Shown here: piece after piece, positions 50,400-61,384 of the stretch | Numbering within the stretch: the first letter of the stretch is position 1 | How the letters are laid out: every line of letters starts with the position of its first letter | Assembly: GCA_026770705.1 (NCBI GenBank) | Contig: JANJGN010000001.1 | Span: forward strand, 109,616,001 to 109,680,000 | DNA length: 64,000 nucleotides | Direction of reading: 5' to 3' | Origin: Isurus oxyrinchus | Lineage: Eukaryota | Position numbers and translations under genes: made by a program | Notes under the pieces: model-generated | What the model was told of the DNA's origin: nothing | Seen by the model: the letters and a program-made list of their open reading frames with translations, nothing else | Database searches by the model: none

Positions 50400-52712
50400 T
50401 GGCAGCATTTTTCATCCCACAGACGGGCGCATGCCCAACCTGAACGGGAGTAAAATAGTGCATGATGACATCAGGTGAGTGTCCTGACATCATCGAGCAT
50501 TCATGCAATATTTCGTTCAGTGAGGTGCAATGCCAAAGAAAGCTCTACCTCTCAAGGGAGATCATGACATCCATTTGTCAGCTGATTGGGCCTACGATCA
50601 GCTCCGGCTGTGTGGGCAGACACCCCATGCTAGTCGCTCTGAAAGTCACAGTGGCCCTCAACCTCTCTGCCTTCAGCTCTTTCCAAGGCTCAGTGGGGGA
50701 TCTGTGTGGATGTTCCAATCAGCTGTCCACAGTTGCGTCAAGCTGGTGACAGAACCTCTGTTCAGGTAGGTGCTGACCTTTATTCTTTACCATACAGATG
50801 AGGCCAGCCAAGCTGAACGAGCTTTGCAGCAATTGCTGGGATTCCCACATGTCCAGGGTGCCATCGACTGCACACGTGTGGCCATCAAGACGTCAGTGGG
50901 TGAGCTCGGTGCCTTCGTCAACAGGAAGGGATTCCACTCCATGAACGTGCAGGTAGTGTATAACCATAGGATGCAGATTCTGCAAGTATGTGCAAGATAA
51001 CCTGGCAGCTCCCATGAGAGTGGGTGTGATGCACATGCAAATGATGCCCGGTGGTCCTCCGGTGTCAGGAGTGGCCCTTCGAGGTCTGGAGAGCCAGTGT
51101 CTGCTGGCAAATCTTAAAGGGAGAAGAAGAACACGTTATTAGTTAAAGTTATCACACTGTCACTGTACATGCCAGGCACCCTGCTGAGACAGTGGAGAAC
51201 TACATCATGGTGCCCTTACCTTCCAATGATCAATGGGGACTCCAGGTTTGAGGCTCACATCAATGAAGAGACTACACTGGAATGGTTGCACTAGCTGAAA
51301 TTCTCACTTCTGTGCACTACACTCTTACCTTCGTCTGGCACCCCTGCCTCTCCATGGCTGATTGCTAATGGGGTGTGCTGGTTTACAAGCTCCAGAGTAT
51401 CTTGTTCTTACCTCAAAAGGATTAGGAGGCTAGCAGGGCCTCTGCCAGTCAGCAACCTTTCTATATTTTTGTGGGCTGTCTTCGCTTAAAACAACAGAGG
51501 AGCATTGATTAGTCCACTCCGTACCTTCAGCACATTGCAGCCTGGTCACATCCAAGTTGTGGCCCTCAAACCACAACGTACTCAGTACAAGCAGCCTGGG
51601 CTTACCCCCTCCGGCGTGATTGACAGTTGGCACTCAGACACTAACACCCCTGAGGTCCATGAGGGGGCAGCCAGCCCTTAATACATCTGTGAACTGACCC
51701 ATGCCAACATGATACTCACCCTTCCTGTGTGCAGCAGGTCATTAAAGCACTTCCGGCACTGCACCAAGGAGCGCTGCACCAGGTCACAGCTGCTGACTGG
51801 CGCTGCCACCTCCTCCCATGCCCTCTTTGTGAGGTGCGGTGGCCTCCTCCTCCCATCCCTGAGGACAAAGGTGTCCCTCCTGGCAGCCACCTGCTCCAGA
51901 ACAGTGACGCACTCATCAGAGAAGCAGAGGTGGTGGGGTGGGGGGGGCTAAGTGCCCACCTGACCTCCCCTCCCGCCTGCCGTGTCCAGCTTCACTCGGG
52001 TCCATCGTGCCAGCTCAGGAAACGTCCTCCATGGCAGCTTTCCAGGGGCTCCCTAGGCTGCTTTTAAACTGGCTGCTGGATCACCATTGGACCCAGCAGC
52101 CGACAAGCCCCTGCCCTCACTCAGCCCTTTGGACCCAGCGGCCGACAAGTCCCTGCCCTCACTCAACCCCATGGACCCAGCAATCAACAAGACCCTACCC
52201 TCATTTAGCCCTTTGGACCCAGCAGTCGACAAGCCCCTGCCCTCACTCAGCCCTTTGGCCCAGCAGCCGACAAGGCCCTGCCCTCACTCAGCCCTTTGGC
52301 CCAGCAGCCGACAAGCCCCTGCCCTCACTCAGCCCTTTGGACCCAGCAGCCGACAAGCCCCTGCCCTCACTCAGCCCTTTGGGCCCAGCAGCCACAAGCC
52401 CACAACCTCACTCAGCCCTTTGGATCCAGCAGTTGACAAGCCCACAACCTCACTCAGCCCTTTGGATCCAGCAGCCGTCAAGCTCCTGCCCTCACTCAGC
52501 CCTTTGGACTCAGCGGCCGACAGGCCCCTGCCCTCATTCAGCCCTCTGGACCCAGCAGCCGAGAGGTCCCTGCCCCCACTCAGCCCTTCTGGGCCAGTGC
52601 AGAGCCGCCAGTGTGAAATCGCAGTGGGGGCTCGATTGCGGGTGGCGATCAGTTTTGCAGCCACTTGCAGGCCCACCCACCACATCCACCTGACAAGGGA
52701 AAAATCCTGCCC
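50400..52712. mobile_element. Internally deleted Harbinger transposon, opposite orientation to 33574-37737
   Basis: Ends (T)GGCAGCATTTT / AAAATCCTGCCC. Plus-strand transposase GFPHVQGAIDCTRVAI..NRKGFHSMNVQ (50530-51015). Minus-strand Myb exon RRPPHLTKRAWEEVA..VQCRKCFNDLL..GR|GTGAGT (51718-51930). Confidence 0.9.
52090..52590. repeat. 42-bp minisatellite, 12 copies
   Basis: Unit GGACCCAGCAGCCGACAAGCCCCTGCCCTCACTCAGCCCTTT; three units are 41 bp. Confidence 0.95.
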
Positions 52713-52939
52713 CGGACTCTAAAGGTTAAATTATGAGGAGAGATTATACAAACTGGGAGCTGCATTCCCTAAGTTTAGTGGGTTAAGGGGGGATTTGATT
52801 TAAATTTTCAAGATATTAAGAGGAACAGAGAGGTTAGATAAAGATAACTATTTCTGGTGGCTGAGACCTCTAGGACCAGGGACAGAGTCCAATATTAGAG
52901 CCAGGCCTTTCAGGAGTGAAATTAATTCTATCTCATCAA

Positions 52940-54425
52940 ATGGAAGAAGGAATTTTGCTGTGGGGTACCAGAGTTGTGGTCCCATCACAGGGTAGAGAGT
53001 CACTCTTGGCAGAGCTCCACAGTGCACACCCTGGCATACCAAAGATGAAGATGCTGGCACGTTGTTATGTCTGGTAGCCAGGAATAGACAGTGACATCGA
53101 GAGCATGGTTAAACACTGTTCCCTTTGCCAGCAACACCAGAAGTTACCTGTTTCAGTTCCGCTTCATCCATGGGAATGGCCTGATTGACCTTGGGTTAGA
53201 CTGTATATTGACTATGTGGGACCGGTTCTAGGCACCATGTTTATATCAATCAATGAAGCACATTCAAAATGACTTGATGTCTATGAAGTAAAAATGCCAA
53301 CTTCAGCCACAACTATTGAAAAGCTGCATCATTCCTTCAGCATACATGGTTTACCAGAGATTACTGTTTCTGACAAAGGAATAGCTTTCACCAACATGGA
53401 ATTTCAGAGGTTCATGGACCTGAACAGTATCCAGCACATAAAGACTGCTCCCTTGCATCCATTATCCAATGGACTCACTGAAAGAGTTGCCCAGACCTTT
53501 AAAGCTAGTATGAAGAAGTTATCTGGAGGTACTCAGGAGTCTCACCTTTCCAGATTTCTCCTAAGTTACCGCACGCCACATACTACTATGGGCTCAACAC
53601 CGTCAGAGTTATTGATGAAACCCGTTTGCATATGCATTTACACTTGGTGTTTCCAAATCTAGAAGGGAAAATAACACAGAGCTAGAATAATCAAAAATTG
53701 AACCACAATCTAAACAATAAGGCTCGTACGTTCCATGTAGGTGACACTGTGTACATGTGTAATTTTGGAAGTGGACCCTGTTGGGACTCCAGGAGCCTTC
53801 ATTTCAGAGACTGGTCCATTATCTTTTCAAGTTCAAGTCAAAAATAGAATTGTACGTAAACACATAAATCATGTTAGGCCCAGAGAAACATCTGAACGAT
53901 TGCAAGATCAAGCTGTGATTGATGTTTCACCGCATACATCAAAGGCATGTGATTGTCCTGGAGCTGATATTCTAGACGTAATGAGATGCCAAATACAGAA
54001 CTATCCAGTTCCAATGATGTATCTCCTAGTGCAGCTCCGGATCCCGTTAATCCTGTTCAGGAACCTCCTTTGATAAAGCTACACCGCACTAACAGTTTCT
54101 GCCGAGCCCCTCAGAGGCTTAATTTGTAAACACCAGAGACTGTACAAATGTTTGCTGGTTTTTCTGACTTTATTTTTATTGTAAATGTAAGAAACTTAAA
54201 GGGGTTGGAAGTGCAGCAACTGGATGCATTGTCCCTCCTTCCTGTCAATCACTCACCATGTGAAGCGATTGTGGGTCTTCGACCAAAAAGCTTATTGCGC
54301 GGGTAATCCTGTGGGTAGGACTTCCAACAGAGAGACCACGTCTAGTGTGCAAGCACCTCTACATGTCTCCTAAATAAAATTTAGCCTTTTCTTCATCAAA
54401 CCTGCTGCTCCATCAAGTTATTACA
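52940..54425 (+). mobile_element. Gypsy integrase region plus 3' LTR (54212-54425)
   Basis: HPGIPKMKMLAR, TVSDKG.AF, TAPLHPLSNGLTER, ETGPLSFQV..RKHINHVR; PPT AAAGGGGTTGGAAG; LTR TGCAGC...TATTACA. Related to the 30450-38501 element. Confidence 0.9.
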
Positions 54426-54670
54426 ACCACCTAAACCTCAAGCTCTGGAATTCTCACCCTAAACCCCTACGCCTCTCCACCTTCCTCTTGTTCTTTATAC
54501 TCACACCTTTGGCCAAGCTTTTGGTCACATACCAACAGCTCCCCCCACTCAAGCCATATATGTTTTCCTTTGTTCAATCGCCTTTGTCTTCACATCAATG
54601 TGAAGCACCGCATGACTTTTTAAAAATATTGACATGGTTATATAAATACAAGTTGTCATTGCTATTGTTG
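54426..54670 (+). mobile_element. L2 3' tail fragment
   Basis: AAGCTCTGGAATTC..CCCTAAACC..CTCTCCACC and GTGAAGCAC...TATAAATACAAGTTG, like 20880-21108. Confidence 0.7.
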
Positions 54671-56489
54671 ATCAGACCAGCTACTTTCCATCATTAAGTA
54701 TGACGAAGGTGTGATTGCTAACATGTCACTTATTTCACATTTTGGTGACATTTTCCTCCAACAACAGTTTGAACCAGTTTCTGCACGGCAACAGTACAGT
54801 GCCATAGAATTAGCAGTTATCACACAATCAGGATTTTGGTTTTTCCCAGTTTCTTCAGGTCTCAACAAAATAACTACCAGCTACTCATTCATTACCTAAT
54901 TGATGGCCACCCCAAGATCTTGCCACACACAATCACAGTGGAAACCCAAGAGGATGGAAAACAATTCCCAATCTAAAGCATCTACATGTACAAGGCTTTT
55001 TCATCCCTTGTCAAAACTGTTAATACTTGTACTGGGAATAATAAATGTATAAACAGGCTTTATGGTGCCATGAATCAAAGGCTTGTTTAAAGTTAGTGAC
55101 ATTTATCAGGCATGACTGCTAGAATTCCATCGCCTTTGCAATGATCTGCCTCAATGCATACATCTGGTCGTTTCAGAAATGTTCATCCTTGAAGTCAGTC
55201 TGTTTCTCACACATACATTCATCTATAAGCTTTTCTGTACATTTTTGAAAAAACATGCATAAAAAGGCAGCAGGGAGCAGCCAGCAGGGCAATGCCCCTG
55301 TTGTTCTCATATTTTGTGATGTCACCCTTTTGGTGGGATGATGATTCTTTCCACTTGTCAATCAAATGATGCGTTTTCTCCAAAGCAAACACAAGAGTAA
55401 ATTATGTGCATCCATTCTTTAACTGAAATACATTAATCCTTCCTAAAATCTCCAATATCACCAGGGATAAATTTGGCTTTGCACATAAAGTTAAAAGAAA
55501 AATAATTTCACCAGTGTCAAATATTGTGCCTGGTTAGTGGAGTAAAACAATTAATCACTCTTAGGCCACCATAATTAACCTGGAAAGTTCATCATGACGT
55601 TATGCATAACAAGGCAATGTTGAGTAATAAATGTTTGTATCGTTCGCAATGAGAGAAGTGTGTAAATATGCTAGGTGTTAGTGCCATATGTGTTACAAGG
55701 CAGCTACATGCTATAGGCTGTAAGTAATACTCACAGATGTTCCTTCGTCTTAATTAGTTTGAAGATTCTTGGAATTTCCTATATTTCCATGACGGATATC
55801 CATAGTTACATGCACTGTAAATAGAAACACCAAATGATTCATTTCATCTCCGCAAATCAATTAACACTGAAGTTTGTCACTAAGCAATGAACATGATGGA
55901 AGGAACCAGTTTCAGATTTAACATTGAATTTTAGTTACAACTGTTGCAGTTGTGCAATGTTTCCTATTGTTCTCTATGTGTTTAGCGTCAGTCATAGTTT
56001 TGATTTAACATTAAAATTAAGGTTTCTGAGGTACTCGTGCAGAATTGGGTAATACTGAAATTAAAACCACAAACAGTAAGATGCTTCAGAATTCGATGAA
56101 TTAATATTTAAAGCCCATAAATAAATATTAAAAAGTGCAGCTTATACACAGGAGACCAGAAATCCATGTCGGTTGCATCCCTACTTAAATGCTGGAATGC
56201 GGTCACCAAGACCTCTGGTTTAGACCCACCCTTCCCCACCCCCACAGACTTGCCAGGATAGGGGAGGGCCTGTCCTTCGCCTTCCAATAGCAGGCAATCT
56301 CAACACTAGAGGCACGTCTGGGGTGCCATCCAATGATAGAGACCACAAACAGCAGTACTGTTCTTGGCCAAGGCTAATTAACGGTCCATGCTCCCACTGC
56401 AGAGTGGACTGCTTTAAAATTAAGACATTCTGACATTTTTATGCCTTCTTCAGCCTCTGGGATTTGGCATTGTAGGTTTACAACTTACT

Positions 56490-58100
56490 GAAAGATAGAT
56501 TTTGATAAGCTACTTGAATTTTTAAAGAGGTTGCTAAGATGTTGGATAGGAGAATGTCCATGACTGTTGCTTATATGGACATCTATATGGACATTTGATA
56601 ATGTTCCACATAAGATTATTAGCAAAAATAAAAGTGAACAGAATTGGAGATAATCATGCTTTTATCATTCCTCCATGGGATTTGGACATTGATGGCTAGG
56701 CCAGTATTTATTGCCCTTCCCTAGCTGTCCTTGAGAAGGTGCTGGTGAGCTGCCTTCTTAAACCGCTGCAGCCCATGTGTTATAGGAACCCCAGTGCTGT
56801 TAGGAAAGGAGTTTCATAATTTTGACCTAGTGGCAATGAAGGAGCACCAATACAGTTCCAAGTCAGGATAGTGAGTGGCTTGGAGGATAACTTGCATGTG
56901 GTGGTGTTCCATGCACCTGCTGTCCTTGTCCTTCTAGGTGGTAGAGGTTGCGAGTTTGGAAGGTGATGTCAAAGGAGCATGAGTTGAAAAGTAGGAAATA
57001 GAGTAGGGATAAATTTTCTGATTGGTGATATGTGTCATGTGATGTTATCCATGGATTTGAAGTGGGGTCTCTATTTTCACTAAAAATATCAATGATTTGG
57101 TTGAAGGGAGAACAAACTGTACAATTCAAGTTTGCAGGCGCCACTAAATTGGGAGGCATCAGTTTTTTTTGCAGATGGAAACACAACATGACTTATAGGG
57201 AGATAGATTAAGTGAGTGGGCAAAAACTGTAGAAAATGTAATTAAATGTGGGAAACTGAGAGGTCATCCACCTTGGATCAAAGGAAGACAAATCAGAATA
57301 GACTCGGAGCTATAGAGACAACCTATTTAGGTGTCCAAGTACATAGATCACTAATGGTATTGCACAGGTATAAAATGAAATCTAAAAGGCTAACGGAACA
57401 TGGATCAGGATTTTATGGCCCCTCCTGCCTGGCAGGATATTACAGTTCCTCCGAACTGAATGGAGATTTAAATAGCTCGCCGCAGCCACCAAGGGGAGAC
57501 ACACTGCCGCGGGGCCATAGGATCCTGGCTATTGCCTCAAAGGTGTTGAAATACAAAGTAGAGAATTATACATAGTTTTGATCAGACTCCAAATGGAGTA
57601 CTGTGTTCAACTTTGGGCACCGCACCTCAAGAAGGATATGTTGGCTTTGCAGGGTGTGCAACGCAGATAAATCAGAATCATTCCAACTCATAAAGGATTA
57701 AACTATTAAGACAGATTACATAACTGTATTTCTCTGAGGAAGTTGAGGGCTGATCTAATTAAGGTGCTTAAAATAAAGGGATTCCATAGGGTAGGTACAG
57801 AGAAACTTTTTCCTCTGGTAGGAGAGTCCAGGCAAGGCAGCACAACCTTAAAATTAGACTTAAGCCATTTAGGAGTGAAATGAGGAAGCACTTTCTCACA
57901 CAAAGGATAGTGAATATCTGTAACACTATCCCCCAAAAGGCTGTGGATGCTGGGTTAATTTGGATATTCAGGATTTAGATAGCTTTTTTTAAAGTAAGAG
58001 TATCATGGCATATGGATCGAAAGGCAGCTAAATGAGCTATAGATCAGCCATGATTGGAGAGCAGAACATACTTAATAAGCTGAATGTGTGATATTCCTAT
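56490..58100 (+). mobile_element. Old CR1 LINE with nested LINE-B tail (56660-56980, minus) and a small MITE (~57402-57530)
   Basis: FDNVPH, KFAGATKLGG, QMEYCVQLWAPHL and HFLTQRIVNI motifs. The MITE has inverted ends CAGGATTTTATGGCCCC / GGGGCCATAGGATCCTG. Confidence 0.8.
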
Positions 58101-58489
58101 AAAGATTTTAAAATTGAGTGGTAAGCTTGGGACCAGAATAGAAATGCATGTGTGTGAATTGCTTTGGTTTCCAAAAGGTTACAAAAACACAAATCAATTT
58201 AAAGGTTGACCACATCAAAAGCATCCAATTAAAAAAAATTTAATTTTGAAAATCGGGGTTTAAAATTGATTTTTAATTCCAGATTCTGGGATTCCAGAAA
58301 CTTTGCTTCCACTACAAGCTCTGTTTCCCTCCTATTTTTCTGTGCCTGTTCAATCATGGAAGGACAGCGCGAGGGTACATAGCTTCCAACCATCAACTTG
58401 GCCTCAGCCTTTTTAGCATGGAACTATTTGTTGGTGGAAATCAGTGGCATTCCTTCAATTTTTGCCCTGTGTTCATACGCAGCTAGCGC

Positions 58490-59260
58490 TGGATAATATC
58501 CAGGCTTGGGCCGATAAGTAGCAGGTAACATTTGCACCACACAAATGCCAGGCAATGACCATCTAACAAGAGAGAGCCTAACCATCTCTCCTTGACGTCC
58601 AATGGCATTACCATCACTGAATTCCCCATTATCAACACCCTGGGTGTTACCATTGATCGGAATCTGAACTGGACCAGTCATATATAAATACTGTGGCTAC
58701 AGGAACAAGTCAGAGGCTAGGAATTCTGCAGAAGGTAAAAGCCTGTCCACCATCTACAAGGCACAAGTCAGAACTCTCCACTTGCCTGAATGAGTGCAGC
58801 TCCAACAACACTCAAGACACCATCGAGGGCAAAGAAGCCCGCTTAATTGGCAACCCATCCACCACCCTAAACATTCATTCCCTCCACCACCGACGCAAAG
58901 TGGCAGCGGTATATACCATCTCCAAGATGCACTGCAGTAACACATCAAGGATCCTTTGACAGCACCTTCCAGAGCTATGATCTCCACCAGCTAGAAAGAC
59001 AAGGGCAGCAGATGCACAAGTTTCCCTCCAAGTCACATACCATCCTCACCTGGAGCTATATTGTCATTCCTTCACGGTTGCTAGATCAAAATCCTGGGGC
59101 ACCATTAATTCCTAACAACACTATGAGTGTTCCTATAACACATGGACTGCAGCGGTTCAAGAAGGCAGCTCACCACCACCTTCTCAAGGGCAATTAGGGG
59201 TGGGCAATAAATGCTGGTCTGGACAGTGATACTCATATCCCACGGACAAATTTAAAAAAG
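58490..59260 (+). mobile_element. LINE family B 3' end
   Basis: LGVTIDRNLNWTSH, SQRLGIL, HGLQRFKKAAHHHLLKGN* plus tail. Confidence 0.9.
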
Positions 59261-61384
59261 GAGGCTTTGAGATTTTCTTGTGCACATATGTGATATTTCA
59301 GGTATGGGGCATGCACAGGACCCAAACATGTATGTACATGCATAGTGATTGTAGGAACACAGGAATACTAAACTGGTTCAGCCCAGCACACTAGTATAGA
59401 GATTTTTTTTAAAATCTTCTTTTGACTTAGTGAGCACTGTACTTTATAACTACAGGGAAAATATTTTGCAATGTGTAACAGTCAAACATATACCTGGAAG
59501 AGTGCCTGCCCATTAAAGCAAACCATGTTAAGATAAAATACAGGAAATGTTGTGAAAATGGGAAATGCAAACTAACCACTGATCAACAAGTCCAACATTT
59601 TAAGCCTCTGCACACCCACCAAGTTAAACAACTTGAGAACAGAGTAATAAAAACATGAAATGGCCCAGTGATTCCCACATAATAATAATCAAGGATAAAA
59701 CCTCTATTTCAAAGGAAAAAAACACAGTGGGAGAAAAAAAAATCGCAATAACATTTTCAGAATGTGTGTGAAAAAGAAAAAGAAAATAAATGCTGCTCCT
59801 AAATGTAAGTGTCTTCCGAGGATGTGGCAGGGCAATTCCTGCACTGCTGACTCTCACATTCTCCTATAATTCCACAGAAGCCCCCAAGTGTTGCTGCAAC
59901 AAGTCTGCTGGGTCAATAATTTATGTTAATATTTTAAGCATCTATAACCCTTGCAGAATAAATTATTTTTGACTTTGAAGGCTGAATCACGGTATTTTCT
60001 GAAATACTGGAAAATGCACCAAGTGCCTGAAATCAAAGTTTCCTGATGAGGGCGGGAGAGGGTAGGCACATGCCAGAGAACTCTCATAGGAATTACACCT
60101 TGCATCTTCTTTGCGTAAAACCCCCTTCACAAATTTCTAGACTCACCATGCACATATCTTGGCTATAGCTGCAAATTAAGTTCCAACTAGTTCATGTCCC
60201 ACTGCATTCTCAGTATAACCGCTTGTTCTCATGTCATGGGCAAGGTCTGTTTCTCACAAGCAAATAGACAAAATTGTGAACCATGATCTCAAAATACTGG
60301 TGAAAATCTTACTTGAGCACCATAAAGTGCGGTCCTGATCGCAGGCTCTATTCAAGGCTCTATTTCAGGTTTTTTGTTACTATTTGAATTGCCACCTTAG
60401 CTGAGACAGTCAGCATGTTTCAGAGGGATTTCTCAACTTTGAGCGTTTTCTAGGTTGATGATTTAATGCATAAACACATGTTGGCACATGCTATTGAAGG
60501 ACTGCTTGCAAACTTGGTGTAAGTAGCATAAGGTCACATTAGTAGCACTAAATCTAATAAGTAGGAACAATGTAGTGGTATTACTCTAAAGCAAATCCAA
60601 AATTTCCACTTCCATAAGTTGACATGTGCTTTTTGAGCAAGAACTCAAAGTCATAATACTTTTCCTGCTGGATACCAATTCCCAGCATTTAAAGCCATCC
60701 TGAAAAAGAGCTACCTTTTACCTTTTAGTTGTTCACATGGAATAGGAAATAAAATAGTTGTCTGCATAGCACCCTGTTAACTCTGAAATTCAACTTTATT
60801 GATTGCATGAAATTGACAATAGCGATCAGCAGCCTAAGTTACATCATGGCTAATTCCTGTTCCCATTGAAGCAGCTAGCCAATTTGCTATTGTCTATTTT
60901 ATGATCCACCAAAGTTGAATTTCACCCAAAAAACAACCACAGTCCAGATATAATGCCCATGAAGATATCTATGCATGTAAAAGTGACTGCAGCAATACTG
61001 GGTGGCAAAGTGCAGCTCATGATAACAGAATAACAGCAATTTGGATTTTGCTACACACTTGGAACAAGGATGCCAGATTAAACATAACTGCAAAGAGAAA
61101 CATTCCATTCACAAGATCTATACTCAACAGTGCACTGAATTAAAAATAAACAGGTCCTCTTTTTTGTAGGTCAGGCATTACTACAGAAGTGTTACCCGTA
61201 GGATACGAAGTTTGTACCTGACTGTAGAGGATAGATGGACTATTCTTTACTTGTAATGGTCATCATTTCTTGAAACAAGTTTAGATTCTATTTACATGCT
61301 GTAGCTCATTCTCCCTTTCAAATTGGGTTGTGGTGTGTAATTAAGCATCATTTTTCCTTAGAAATTGTGTCTGACCAAATCCAG

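Larger units (their letters stand above)
50270..52930 (+). mobile_element. CR1 3' fragment split by the Harbinger at 50400-52712
   Basis: HTWSAVNSSGHH (frameshifted LEYCVQFW) ...TRMTP| resumes as GL..LNYEERLYKL at 52713. Confidence 0.75.

Noticed and set aside
52090-52590. CRISPR-like array
   Set aside because: Head-to-tail tandem units with no unique spacers, no cas genes, and a eukaryotic context.
51938-52722. Long ORFs (251 aa, 211 aa) with repeating DPAADKPLPSLSPL / WTQQPTSPCPHSAL
   Set aside because: Artefact of a stop-free 42-bp minisatellite. The 41-bp units shift the frame, so no single peptide repeat is maintained.
60040-60075. CTGATGAG hammerhead core
   Set aside because: No downstream GAAA or pairing helices.
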